The notes under the pieces: model-generated
Seen by the model: the letters and a program-made list of their open reading frames with translations, nothing else
Told to the model about the DNA's origin: nothing
Databases searched by the model: none
Shown here: positions 14,125 through 23,709 of the stretch, piece by piece
How the letters are laid out: the number at the start of each line of letters is the position of its first letter
Numbering within the stretch: the stretch's first letter is position 1
Virus record (IMG/VR): IMGVR_UViG_3300001688_000010
Source: a virus
DNA length: 39,860 nt
Reading direction: 5' to 3' (one strand)
Translations under genes and position numbers: made by a program

Positions 14125-16185
14125 ATGCACAGAGTTATGGGCGTAGATATAGAAACCTATAGCTCCGTGGATCTGACCGACGCGGGCGTCTACGCCTACA
14201 CGGAGGCGCCCGACTTCGACATCCTGCTGATCTCGTACATCTTCGACGACTGGGGCGAGGATGACGTCCGGACCATCGACTGCTTCGACGCGGATCCGGA
14301 CATGATGGCCGAGTTCGTCGAGGCCCTCACCGATCCCCAGATCGTCAAGACTGCCTTCAATGCGAACTTCGAGCGCACCTGTTTGGCCAAGTGGCTGAAC
14401 AAGCCCATGCCTCCCGAGGAGTGGCGCTGCACCATGGTCAAGGCGCTGACGCTGGGCCTGCCGGGCAACCTGGCAGGCGCCGGCGAGGCGCTGGGCCTAC
14501 CAGCTGAGAAGCTAAAGGACCCCCAGGGCAAGGCGCTGATCCAGTTCTTCTCCAAGCCGTGCAAGCCTACCCGGGTAAACGGCCAGAGGACGCGCAACCT
14601 CCCGGAGCATGACCCGGCCAAGTGGCAGCTCTACAAGAACTACAACAGGCAGGACGTCGTGACCGAGCAGGAGATCCTCCGGAAGCTATCTATCTACAAA
14701 ACCCCAGAGGACGAGCAGGCGCTCTGGTCTCTGGACCAACACATGAACGACAACGGCGTGAAGCTCGACATCCCCATGGTCGAGAAGATCGTCGCCTACG
14801 ATAACCAGCGCCGGCAGGAGCTCCAGGAAGAAGCCCAGGAGCTCACCGGCCTGAAGAACCCGAACAGCCTGGCCCAGCTGAAGCGCTGGCTCGCAGAGCA
14901 GGGCGTGGAGATGGCCAGCGTCACCAAGGACACCATCGCCGAAGCGCTGAAGCAGCCAGACCTTCCGGAGAACGTCCGGAGAGTGCTGGAGATCCGCACC
15001 GCCCTCGGCAAGACCAGCGTGGCCAAGTACAGCACGATGCTGGTGGCACACTGCCAGGATCACCGGCTGAGAGGCATCCTTCAGTTCTACGGAGCCAACC
15101 GCTCCGGCCGCTGGGCCGGCCGCCTGGTGCAGACGCACAACCTGGCCAAGAACACGCTGCCGGATCTGGCGCTGGCCCGCGAGCTGGCGGCCGAGGGAGA
15201 CTTCGAGACCATGGGCACCCTTTTCGGCGAGACGGCCTTCGTCTTCTCCGAGCTGATCCGGACGGCCTTCATCCCCTCCGACGGGCGCCGCTTCGTCGTC
15301 TCCGACTTCTCCGCCATCGAGGCCCGTGTCCTGGCGTGGATCGCCGGCGAGGAGTGGGTCCTGGACGCCTTCCGCAGTGGCAAGGACATCTACTGCGAGA
15401 CCGCCTCAATGATGTACCACGTCCCGGTCGAGAAGCACGGCGCCAACAGCCACCTCCGCCAGAAGGGCAAGGTGGCCGTGCTGGCCTGCGGCTACCAGGG
15501 CGGCGTCGGCGCCATGAAGCGCATGGACCGCAGCGGCAGCATCCCGGAGGACGAACTCCAGAGTGTCGTGGATCAGTGGCGCCAGGCCAACCCCAGAGTC
15601 GTGAAGCTCTGGAGGGACGTCGAGCTGGCCGTGAGGACCGCCATCGAGGAGCACCGCACCGTGAGGCGCGGGATCCGTGTCCAGGTCAGCCCCGAGGAGC
15701 TCGCAGCCCGTGAAGCCATGGCCGGCGGCCCGGTTAGGCCGTACAGTGTCCGGGAGGGCGTGGGCATCTCCTTCGGCTACATCAACGGCAACCTGTTCAT
15801 CAAGCTGCCCAGCGGCCGGAAGCTCTGCTACTGGGACGCCAAGCTGAAACTCGACCCCCGCGACGGCCGTGAGCACATCGTCTACATGGGCGTGAACCAG
15901 GAGACGAAGCAGTGGGGCGAGACCGAAACCTACGGCGGCAAGCTGGTCGAGAACATCGTCCAGGCCACCGCCAGAGACTGCCTGGCCATCTCCATGCAGA
16001 GGGTCGCGGCTCTGGGCTACGACATCGTGATGCACGTCCACGACGAGATCATCGTGGACTGCCCCATCGAGGACACCGGCGCCATGGCCAGGATCAACGC
16101 TTGCATGGCCGAGCCGATCCCATGGGCTCCCGGCCTCCCGCTGCGCGGCGACGGCTACGAGACACCGTTCTACATGAAAGACTAA
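14125..16185 (+). CDS. Family A DNA polymerase with an N-terminal 3'-5' exonuclease
   Basis: Exo I VDIETYS; pol motif A DFSAIEARVLAW; motif B RQKGKVAVLACGYQGG; motif C HVHDEIIVD. Confidence 0.92.
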   Translation: MHRVMGVDIETYSSVDLTDAGVYAYTEAPDFDILLISYIFDDWGEDDVRTIDCFDADPDMMAEFVEALTDPQIVKTAFNANFERTCLAKWLNKPMPPEEWRCTMVKALTLGLPGNLAGAGEALGLPAEKLKDPQGKALIQFFSKPCKPTRVNGQRTRNLPEHDPAKWQLYKNYNRQDVVTEQEILRKLSIYKTPEDEQALWSLDQHMNDNGVKLDIPMVEKIVAYDNQRRQELQEEAQELTGLKNPNSLAQLKRWLAEQGVEMASVTKDTIAEALKQPDLPENVRRVLEIRTALGKTSVAKYSTMLVAHCQDHRLRGILQFYGANRSGRWAGRLVQTHNLAKNTLPDLALARELAAEGDFETMGTLFGETAFVFSELIRTAFIPSDGRRFVVSDFSAIEARVLAWIAGEEWVLDAFRSGKDIYCETASMMYHVPVEKHGANSHLRQKGKVAVLACGYQGGVGAMKRMDRSGSIPEDELQSVVDQWRQANPRVVKLWRDVELAVRTAIEEHRTVRRGIRVQVSPEELAAREAMAGGPVRPYSVREGVGISFGYINGNLFIKLPSGRKLCYWDAKLKLDPRDGREHIVYMGVNQETKQWGETETYGGKLVENIVQATARDCLAISMQRVAALGYDIVMHVHDEIIVDCPIEDTGAMARINACMAEPIPWAPGLPLRGDGYETPFYMKD

Positions 16186-16229
16186 GGGGGGGGGATCTCC
16201 CTCCTCCACCACAGAAAAGGAGGACAGCG

Positions 16230-16718
16230 ATGGAACCTATCAAAATACGCTGGGAGACAGGCCACATGGAGATCAACCCCGACGTCTTCTTCCCGACAAG
16301 CACAGCCAGGATCCGGAAGCTCCTCCGGGTGGTCGCCCTGGATTTTCCGCATCAGGACGACATCCGGATGCAGATGGCCCGGTATTGCGAAGACCGAGCC
16401 GAGGAGATCCTGAGCGACCGCAAGCGGCTCGCCAACGAGGCCGTGAACTATCACCAAAAGGTGGTGGACCTTCAGCCGCCCATTGACACAGCGAAGCGCC
16501 GGATCACAGCGCTCCGCGCCTGCATCCAGGAGCAGCCGAAAAAGGCCCGGGCTCTGGGCTACCGTGACCGACTCCAGGAGGAGCAGGAAGCCCTCAAAAA
16601 GCTGAAGACGCAGCAGAGCACCGCGCTGGCTGCCTTCAAGAAAAAGCAGAAAGAGTTCGAGGCCGCTGAGGGCGTGGCCAAGAGATTGAAACAGAACGCG
16701 GAGGTGCTCAGATCATGA
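16230..16718 (+). CDS. Hypothetical coiled-coil protein (162 aa)
   Basis: ATG preceded by AAGGAGG, inside the listed ORF 15912..16718. The upstream part of that ORF overlaps the polymerase out of frame. Confidence 0.6.
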   Translation: MEPIKIRWETGHMEINPDVFFPTSTARIRKLLRVVALDFPHQDDIRMQMARYCEDRAEEILSDRKRLANEAVNYHQKVVDLQPPIDTAKRRITALRACIQEQPKKARALGYRDRLQEEQEALKKLKTQQSTALAAFKKKQKEFEAAEGVAKRLKQNAEVLRS

Positions 16719-19180
16719 CCAACACAGCCGAAAAGATCAGCGCCCCGCTGTTCACGGTAAGGCACAACGGGGATCTGCTGATCTCCCTGGGCAAGAGTCG
16801 CTACGAGACCGCCTGGAAAAACAAGACCATGAGCTGGGCCGTGCTGCTGAATAAGCTGGCCCGCTCCCAGGAGACCACCGAGACCCATGCCGAATACATG
16901 AAGATGTCGAAGGAGCAGCAGGACCGGATCAAGGACATCGGCGGCTTCGTCGGCGGCCATCTGAAGGACGGACGCCGCAAGACCGGCTACGTCACCGGCC
17001 GCCAGCTGCTCACCCTCGACTTGGACTTCCCTCCGGTCGACTTCTGGGACAGCATCATCAACAACCTGGAGATCAACAGCGCCCTGGCCGTCTACTCCAC
17101 GCATAAGCACACAGCGGCGAAACCTCGCTACCGTCTGATCATGCCCCTCGACAGAGAGGTCACGCCGGACGAGTACGAGGCCATCGCCCGCAAGATCGCC
17201 GAGAAGATCGGCATCGACTACTTCGACGACTCCACCTTCCAGCCGACCCGTCTGATGTACTGGCCGAGCCACAGCACGGACGTCGAGCCCTTTTTCCAAT
17301 TCTACGACGCGCCCTTCCTCTCTGCCGGCGCCGTGTTGGCAGAGTACCCGGACTGGACCGACACCAGCTACTGGCCGGAGTCGTCACGCATGGCCGGGAT
17401 CCGGAAGCGCCAGGCGGACAAGCAGGGCGACCCTCTCAGCAAGAAGGGCGTCGTCGGCGCCTTCTGCCGCACCTATACCATCACCCAGGCCATCGCGGCC
17501 TTCCTGCCGGACATCTACACCCCGACGGCAAAGGACGACCGCTACACCTACGCAGCCGGCTCCACCGCTGCCGGCCTCGTGGTCTATGACGGCGATCTGT
17601 TCGCCTACTCCAACCACAGCACCGACCCGGCCGGCGGCCAGCTCTGCAACGCCTTCGACCTGGTCCGCCTGCATAAGTTCGGCGACCACGATGACGGCAG
17701 TGAGGACAAGACCGGCCGCGACCGGCCGAGCTACAAGGAGATGGCCAAGTTCGCCTCTGAGGATCCGAGCGTTCGCATGACGCTCGCGAGCGACACCAGA
17801 GCCCGCGCCGTGCTCGACTTCGAGAGCGAGCTGCCAGAGGCCGACGAGGACTGGGAGGCCAAGCTGGTCAGATCCGAGAACGGTGACGTCAAGCCGCTGA
17901 TCACCAACGCCGTGCTGATCCTGGAGAACGACCCCGCCCTTCAGGGGATCCGGCACAACGAGCTGAGCGGCGCCATCGAGGTCAAGGGCAAGCTGCCCTG
18001 GAAGCGCCCCAATAAATACTGGCGCGACGCCGACGAGGCCCAGCTCTACGGCTGGGTGGCTGACCAGTACGGCGTCCAGTTCCCTGAGAACCGCTTCGGC
18101 AAGGCGCTGGCCATCGTCACCGACCGGCGCCGCTTCAACCCGCTGAGGGACTACGTCCGGGAGCTGCCGGACTGGGACGGCGTGGCCAGAGTGGACACGC
18201 TGCTGGTGGACTATCTGGGCGCCGAGAACACTGAGTACGTCCGGACAGTCACCCGCAAGACCCTCGTCGGAGCCATCCAGCGCGTGCTGGAGCCCGGCTG
18301 CAAGTTCGACACGGTCCTCGTCCTGGACGGCAAGCCCGGCATCGGCAAGAGCACCCTGCTCCGGAAGCTGGGCGGGAAATGGTTCAGCGACTCCCTCAGT
18401 CTGGCCGACACCAGGGACAAAACCGCAGCCGAGAAGCTCCAGGGCGTCTGGATCATGGAGATCGGCGAGATGCAGGGCACCCGCAAGGCCGACGTCGACG
18501 TCATGAAGGGCTTCATCAGCCGCCAGGTGGACGAGTACCGCGCAGCCTACGGCCGCGTGGTGGAGCGCCACCCGAGGACGGCCATCATCTGCGGCACCAC
18601 CAACAGCACCACCGGCTTCCTGAGAGACGCCACCGGCAACCGGCGCTTCTGGCCCGTCACCGTCAACGGCGGCGGCCGCCTCAGCGTTTGGGATATGACC
18701 GAGGAAACACGCGCCCAGATCTGGGCTGAGGCCATGCTCCTCGTGGCTGAGGGTGAGACCTCCTTCCTGGATGCTGACATGGAGAAGGAAGCGGCCAAGG
18801 CTCAGCAGGCTGCTCTGATGTACGACGAGCGCGAGGGCCAGGTCATCGACTACCTGGAGACCCTGCTGCCGGATGACTGGTACAGCTGGGATCTGAACCA
18901 GCGCGTGGACTACTTCCAGCAGAGGGACGTCCTGAGTCCCGACGTGCAAGGCACCATGCAGCGCACGAAAGTCAGCGCCATGGAGATCTTCTGCGAGTGC
19001 TTCGGACGGCCGAAGAACTACTGGCAGCGCAAGGACGGCGACGAGATCGCCGCCATCATGGCAAGACTGCCGGGCTGGGAACGGCCTGCAAATGCCACCA
19101 TGAGGATCAAAGACTACGGAAAACAGCGCGTATTTATCCGCAGTGGTAACGGTAACGAGGGCCCCGGAACGAGCAAGTGA
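16715..19180 (+). CDS. Primase-helicase (N-terminal primase-polymerase-like region, C-terminal VirE-type P-loop NTPase)
   Basis: Walker A DGKPGIGKST, VirE-like core WIMEIGEM..YRAAYG..ICGTTN. 821 aa. Typical partner of DUF2800/DUF2815/PolA modules. Confidence 0.85.
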   Translation: MTNTAEKISAPLFTVRHNGDLLISLGKSRYETAWKNKTMSWAVLLNKLARSQETTETHAEYMKMSKEQQDRIKDIGGFVGGHLKDGRRKTGYVTGRQLLTLDLDFPPVDFWDSIINNLEINSALAVYSTHKHTAAKPRYRLIMPLDREVTPDEYEAIARKIAEKIGIDYFDDSTFQPTRLMYWPSHSTDVEPFFQFYDAPFLSAGAVLAEYPDWTDTSYWPESSRMAGIRKRQADKQGDPLSKKGVVGAFCRTYTITQAIAAFLPDIYTPTAKDDRYTYAAGSTAAGLVVYDGDLFAYSNHSTDPAGGQLCNAFDLVRLHKFGDHDDGSEDKTGRDRPSYKEMAKFASEDPSVRMTLASDTRARAVLDFESELPEADEDWEAKLVRSENGDVKPLITNAVLILENDPALQGIRHNELSGAIEVKGKLPWKRPNKYWRDADEAQLYGWVADQYGVQFPENRFGKALAIVTDRRRFNPLRDYVRELPDWDGVARVDTLLVDYLGAENTEYVRTVTRKTLVGAIQRVLEPGCKFDTVLVLDGKPGIGKSTLLRKLGGKWFSDSLSLADTRDKTAAEKLQGVWIMEIGEMQGTRKADVDVMKGFISRQVDEYRAAYGRVVERHPRTAIICGTTNSTTGFLRDATGNRRFWPVTVNGGGRLSVWDMTEETRAQIWAEAMLLVAEGETSFLDADMEKEAAKAQQAALMYDEREGQVIDYLETLLPDDWYSWDLNQRVDYFQQRDVLSPDVQGTMQRTKVSAMEIFCECFGRPKNYWQRKDGDEIAAIMARLPGWERPANATMRIKDYGKQRVFIRSGNGNEGPGTSK

Positions 19181-19422
19181 CCGCCTGGGGCCTCGTTACC
19201 ACCTAAAATGCGGCGAGCGGTAACGGCGTCGCCGTCGTTACCCTCTACGTTACCGCCACCGTTACCGCCAAAAAGTCAGACACCGCAAGGGGAAAACGGT
19301 CACAGGTAACGAGGTAACGAGGTTTTTATATAGATTATTAAAAATATACCCTATACACGCAAAAACAGGCACCCGCGAGAGCATATACGCGCATTATGGG
19401 AAATTTGTGGGCGCTTGTTACC
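19145..19422. repeat. Iteron array (10 copies of GGTAAC/GTTACC, of which 4 are the 10-mer GGTAACGAGG) flanking an AT-rich stretch. Putative origin of replication.
   Basis: GGTAAC at 19145, 19151, 19219, 19305, 19313. GTTACC at 19195, 19237, 19249, 19261, 19417. AT-rich 19323..19350. Confidence 0.55.
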
Positions 19423-19435
19423 ACAGGAGGACACC

Positions 19436-19717
19436 ATGGAACGAGAACGAGACATAGAGAGATGGCTCCGGCGGAAGATCGAGAGCATGGGAGGCGTGGC
19501 GATGAAGTTCACCAGCCCCGGGAATGATGGCGTGCCTGACCGGATCGCCATACTGCCGGGAGGCCAGGTCTGGTTCATCGAGCTGAAGGTCTCCGGAGAG
19601 GAGCCGAACGCGATCCAGTGCTGGCAGATCGAACGCCTCCAGAAACTGGGCTGCAGCGTGGCCGTCATCGCCGGCATGGAGCAGGCCCGCAGCTGGATCA
19701 GGGAGGTGAGCCGATGA
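19436..19717 (+). CDS. VRR-NUC domain nuclease
   Basis: GVPDRIAILPGGQVWFIELKVSGEEPNAIQ pattern. The ATG with an AGGAGG RBS lies inside the listed ORF 19415..19717. Confidence 0.8.
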   Translation: MERERDIERWLRRKIESMGGVAMKFTSPGNDGVPDRIAILPGGQVWFIELKVSGEEPNAIQCWQIERLQKLGCSVAVIAGMEQARSWIREVSR

Positions 19718-21060
19718 AGTACATCCCCCACGACTACCAGACCCGGGCTAAGGACTTCATCCTGGAGCACCCGAAGGCCGGGATGCTGCTGGAGATGGGC
19801 CTGGGCAAGACGGTCATCACTCTGACAGCCATCGACGTCCTGATCAATGAGCTTTTCGAGGTGGACCGCGTCCTGGTCATCGCGCCGAAGCGAGTGGCCG
19901 AGGACACATGGACCCGAGAGCACGCCAAGTGGGACCACCTCCGCCACCTTCGTGTCAGCAAGGTGCTGGGATCACCGGAGCAGCGGCGCCGGGCTCTGGC
20001 CGTGGACGCCGACATCTACGTCATCGGCCGGGACAACGTAGTCTGGCTGGTGGAACAGTGTCGGCAGGGCTGGCCCTTCGACATGGTCGTGATCGACGAG
20101 CTCTCCAGCTTCAAGAACCCGCAGGCCAAGCGCTTCCGGGCGCTGAAGAAGGTCATCCCGAAGGCCTCCAGAGTCGTCGGTCTGACCGGCACGCCTTCGG
20201 CCAACGGCCTCATGGATCTCTGGGCTGAGATCTACCTGCTGGACCGTGGCGAGCGACTGGGCCACACCCTGGGCGCCTACCGCGAGAAATACTTCAGACC
20301 GGGAGCCCGGAACGGCTACGTCGTGTTCAAGTGGGAGCCCCTTCGAGGATCCCGGGAAAAGATCGAGGCAGCCATCAGCGACATCTGCATCAGCATGAGC
20401 GCTGACGACTACCTGACACTTCCGAAGCGGATCGACAACCTGATCCCGGTCAAGCTGAGCCCCCAGGAGATGAAGCAGTACAAGACCATGGAGGCCGAGC
20501 AGCTGCTTCACATTGACGACGAGGATGTGGTCGCTCTGAACGCGGCCGCCGTCATGACCAAGCTCCTCCAGATCGCCAACGGCAGCGTCTACTCCCACGA
20601 GGGCAACGTCGTCCGGCTGCATGACGCCAAACTGGAGGCGCTGCTGGAGATCATCGACACCACCGACAGCCCTGTCCTGATCTTCTACAGCTACAAGCAC
20701 GACCTGGCTGCCATCAAGGCAGCGATCCCTGGAGCCCGGACGCTGGACGGCCCGGAGGACATCGCAGAGTGGAACGCCGGCAGGGTCCAGGTGCTTCTGG
20801 CTCACCCGGCCAGCGTGGGCTATGGACTCAACCTTCAGGAAGGCGGCCATGTGATCGTGTGGTACGGTCTCACCTGGAGTCTGGAGCTTTACCAGCAGGC
20901 CAACGCCCGCCTCTACCGGCAGGGCCAAGACAAGCCGGTCATCATCCACCACCTGATCGCTGAGGGCACCGTGGACGAGCAGGTCATGAGAGCCCTCCAA
21001 GAGAAAGACATGAGCCAGGCGGATCTGATGGCTGCACTGAAGGAAAGGAGAACACAATGA
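19714..21060 (+). CDS. SNF2-family helicase
   Basis: MGLGKT (motif I), VIDELSSFKN (motif II), LTGTP, QANARLYRQGQ (motif VI). The ATG overlaps the VRR-NUC stop. Confidence 0.9.
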   Translation: MKYIPHDYQTRAKDFILEHPKAGMLLEMGLGKTVITLTAIDVLINELFEVDRVLVIAPKRVAEDTWTREHAKWDHLRHLRVSKVLGSPEQRRRALAVDADIYVIGRDNVVWLVEQCRQGWPFDMVVIDELSSFKNPQAKRFRALKKVIPKASRVVGLTGTPSANGLMDLWAEIYLLDRGERLGHTLGAYREKYFRPGARNGYVVFKWEPLRGSREKIEAAISDICISMSADDYLTLPKRIDNLIPVKLSPQEMKQYKTMEAEQLLHIDDEDVVALNAAAVMTKLLQIANGSVYSHEGNVVRLHDAKLEALLEIIDTTDSPVLIFYSYKHDLAAIKAAIPGARTLDGPEDIAEWNAGRVQVLLAHPASVGYGLNLQEGGHVIVWYGLTWSLELYQQANARLYRQGQDKPVIIHHLIAEGTVDEQVMRALQEKDMSQADLMAALKERRTQ

Positions 21061-21308
21061 AGAACACACTGACAGATCTCAACAACCACCTCTTTGAACA
21101 GCTGGAGCGTCTGAACGATGACGATCTGGACGAGGCCCAGCTGGAGAAGGAGCTGAGGCGTGCCGAGGGCATGACCAAAGTCGCCACCCAGATCATCCAG
21201 AACGCGGAGCTGGCCTACAAGACCATGGTGCACATGGCCGAGTACGGCTACGACCGCAAGGACGCTCGGGAGGTGCTGCCGCCGATGCTGGAGGTGAAAA
21301 ATGGCTAA
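21057..21308 (+). CDS. Hypothetical protein (83 aa)
   Basis: RBS GAAAGGAG. Overlapping start and stop with its neighbours. Confidence 0.6.
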   Translation: MKNTLTDLNNHLFEQLERLNDDDLDEAQLEKELRRAEGMTKVATQIIQNAELAYKTMVHMAEYGYDRKDAREVLPPMLEVKNG

Positions 21309-22107
21309 CAGATACCCGCCAGAGGTGCATCAGTTCATCGCGGCCAACGTCGAGGGCCGCACCTGCAAGGAGCTCGCAGAGCTGACCAACCGGGAGATGG
21401 GCACCGCCTTCACCGAGACCATGATGCACAGCTACAAACACAATCACGGACTGAAGTCCGGGACGAAATGCGGCAAGCCGAAGGGCTGGAGCCCGGTCTA
21501 TCCTGACGGGATGGAGGACTTCATCCGCAGCGTGGCAGAGGGCCGCACGGTCTACCAGATCGCCGAACTGGTGAACGAGCGCTACGGTGCCGGCACCATT
21601 GACGCGGTCAAGGTCCGAGCCTTTAAGAAAAACCACGGCATCGTCTCCAACCTGAACACCCGCTTCAAAAAGGGATCCACGCCCTGGACAAAGGGCAAGA
21701 AGCAGACCGACTACATGAGCCCGGACGCCATCGAGCGCACCAAGGCCACCCGCTTCCAGCCTGGGCAGACTCCGGCCAACCTGCTGCCGGTCGGCGCCAT
21801 CGTGAAGAACGCCGACGGCTACCTTCTCCGGAAGAAGCAGATGGACGGCAGCCAGTGGGAGCGCTGGGAGTTCCTGCACCGTGCAGTCTGGGAGGAGCAC
21901 AACGGGCCCATCCCGGAGGGCATGATGGTCAGCTTCAAAAACGGCGACAAGGAGGATCTGGACATCGACAACCTGATGCTGATCAGCAACGCCGAAAACC
22001 TGGAGCTGCATCGGTCCGGCCTCCGCTTCGATGAACGAGAACTCACTGAGACCGGGCTGACCCTGGTCAAGTTAAAGATAAAGACCCGAGAAAGGAGAAG
22101 AAAATGA
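21301..22107 (+). CDS. HNH endonuclease with two N-terminal HTH-like repeats
   Basis: C-terminal HRAVWEEHNGPIPEGMMVSFKNGDKEDLDIDNLMLISNAEN (HNH_3-like). The N-terminal module is internally duplicated. Confidence 0.8.
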   Translation: MANRYPPEVHQFIAANVEGRTCKELAELTNREMGTAFTETMMHSYKHNHGLKSGTKCGKPKGWSPVYPDGMEDFIRSVAEGRTVYQIAELVNERYGAGTIDAVKVRAFKKNHGIVSNLNTRFKKGSTPWTKGKKQTDYMSPDAIERTKATRFQPGQTPANLLPVGAIVKNADGYLLRKKQMDGSQWERWEFLHRAVWEEHNGPIPEGMMVSFKNGDKEDLDIDNLMLISNAENLELHRSGLRFDERELTETGLTLVKLKIKTRERRRK

Positions 22108-22433
22108 TCGGATATTTAAGCGGCCCCATCACGGGCCACAAGAACTACCGGCGCCAGTTCGCTGAGGCTGCCGCCGCACTGAAGGAGCTGGGCTACGTCG
22201 TCATTAACCCCGCCGAGCTCGACCACGCCCTCCCCGTGGAGGAGATGGGCTACGAGGGCATCATGCAGGTCGATCTGGCTCTCCTGTCTGCTGCTGACTA
22301 CCTGGTGCAGCTTCCCGGATGGGAGAACTCCAGAGGCGCCAACCGCGAGCTGGGCTTCGCCCTGGGCGCTGACAAGATCGTCGTCACCCTGGAAGATCTT
22401 CTGGCGAAGGAGGTGACGCTGCCATGGAATTAA
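22104..22433 (+). CDS. DUF4406 / nucleoside 2-deoxyribosyltransferase-like protein
   Basis: YLSGPITG..NY..F..VINP..LPGWENSRGANRE pattern. Confidence 0.65.
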   Translation: MIGYLSGPITGHKNYRRQFAEAAAALKELGYVVINPAELDHALPVEEMGYEGIMQVDLALLSAADYLVQLPGWENSRGANRELGFALGADKIVVTLEDLLAKEVTLPWN

Positions 22434-22843
22434 ACGATACTTATGACTTCCTGATGCAGATCCGCCGCAAGGAGATCATCATCAGACGGAAAGAGATGCA
22501 GCGGGACGAGCTGAGAGCCTGCCTGCTGCCGGGCGCCGTCAGGTATGACAAGGACCGCGTCCAGAGCTCACCGACCGACAGCATGGCCGACGTCCTGGCC
22601 AGAGTTGACGAGCTGGATCACGAGATCGAGCAGCTGAAGCATGAGAAGGCCCAGCTGATCCTGGAGATCAGCAACGCCATCGAGAAGCTGGAGGACGACA
22701 CGGAGAAGGTCGTCCTGACTGAGTTCTACATCGCCCGGGCGCCTATGTCTCAGGTGGCTGAGACCATTCACTACAGCATCCGCCGGGCCTACTACTACCG
22801 CAAGAGCGGCGTCGAACATTTAGGGGAGGTATTGACACAATGA
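22424..22843 (+). CDS. Late-gene transcriptional regulator candidate (sigma-70 region-4-like / ArpU-RinA-like)
   Basis: C-terminal VLTEFYIARAPMSQVAETIHYSIRRAYYYRKSGVEHL resembles a region-4 HTH. Its position shortly upstream of terS is typical. Confidence 0.6.
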   Translation: MELNDTYDFLMQIRRKEIIIRRKEMQRDELRACLLPGAVRYDKDRVQSSPTDSMADVLARVDELDHEIEQLKHEKAQLILEISNAIEKLEDDTEKVVLTEFYIARAPMSQVAETIHYSIRRAYYYRKSGVEHLGEVLTQ

Positions 22844-23590
22844 TCAAACTGTTAAAAGGCAACTGTCTCGACCTGCTGAGAGGTCTGGACCCTGGCTGCG
22901 CGGATCTCGTTCTGATAGATCCCCCGTATTCCAGCGGCGGCTTGTTCGCCGGCGACCGCAAGCAGGACACCCGCGTCAAGTACACCGACTCGGACTTCAA
23001 TGGCGCGGCACGCTTCCCCAGTTTCTCCGGTGACAACATGGACCAGCACAGCTTCATCCAGTTTATGACCCATGTCAGCATGGAACTCAGAGAGCTGACC
23101 AAAGAGGGCGGCACCATCGCCGCCTTCATTGACTGGCGAAACCTTCCGGCCATGACGGACGCGATCCAGATGGCCGGCTGGGTATGGCGCGGGATCATCG
23201 TCTGGGACAAGGGCATCAGCCGAAACATTCCCGGCCGCTTCCGTAACGACTGCGAGTACATCGTCTGGGGCACCAACGGTCGGAAAGAAGTGGACTGGAA
23301 GGCCGCCAAGGGCGTCAAGGCCATGCCTGGCATCTACCACATCAACGGCGTCAACACAAAGCAGAAGCACCACCAGACAGAGAAGCCCGTGGAGCTCCTG
23401 AAGGCCCTGATCCAGATCTGTCCAAGGGGGGGGGACCGTGGTGGACTGTTTCATGGGATCCGGCAGCACGGGCGTCGCTTGTGTCCAGGAGGGCCGGAAC
23501 TTCATCGGCATCGAGCTGGGCGACCAATACTTCGAGACGGCCACCAAGCGCATCCAGGAGGCCGAGGACGAGCTGCTGAACGACTTCTGA
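22840..23590 (+). pseudogene. Beta-class DNA methyltransferase (N6A/N4C, DPPY), reading frame broken at a G9 tract (23426..23434). The ORF as given runs out of frame to 23646.
   Basis: Motif IV LIDPPYSSGG and TEKP lie upstream of the tract. Motif [11 protein letters not shown] and a clean C-terminus ending at 23590 appear only in the +1 frame downstream of the tract. Confidence 0.8.
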
Positions 23591-23619
23591 AAAGTCAGCA
23601 CACATTGCAAAGAGATCCA

Positions 23620-23628
23620 TGGTATAAT
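23620..23628 (+). promoter_or_regulatory. Extended -10 promoter element TGgTATAAT upstream of terS
   Basis: Perfect TGnTATAAT read directly from the sequence. No well-spaced -35 was found. Confidence 0.5.
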
Positions 23629-23644
23629 GCTATCGTGGAATTGT

Positions 23645-23680
23645 GAGAGCAGGCACAGGCGGCCTGCTCTCTTTCTTTTC
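23645..23680 (+). terminator. Rho-independent terminator between the methyltransferase and terS, about 15 nt downstream of the putative promoter
   Basis: Perfect 9-10 bp stem gagagcagg(c)/(g)cctgctctc followed by tttcttttc. Confidence 0.7.
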
Positions 23681-23709
23681 AAAACACCGAATAAGGAGGC
23701 GGCGAGACC

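Noticed and set aside
19145-19422. Short repeat cluster considered as a CRISPR array
   Set aside because: The repeats are only 6-10 bp, occur in both orientations with irregular spacing, and partly lie inside a CDS. No cas genes are present. An iteron/origin interpretation fits better.
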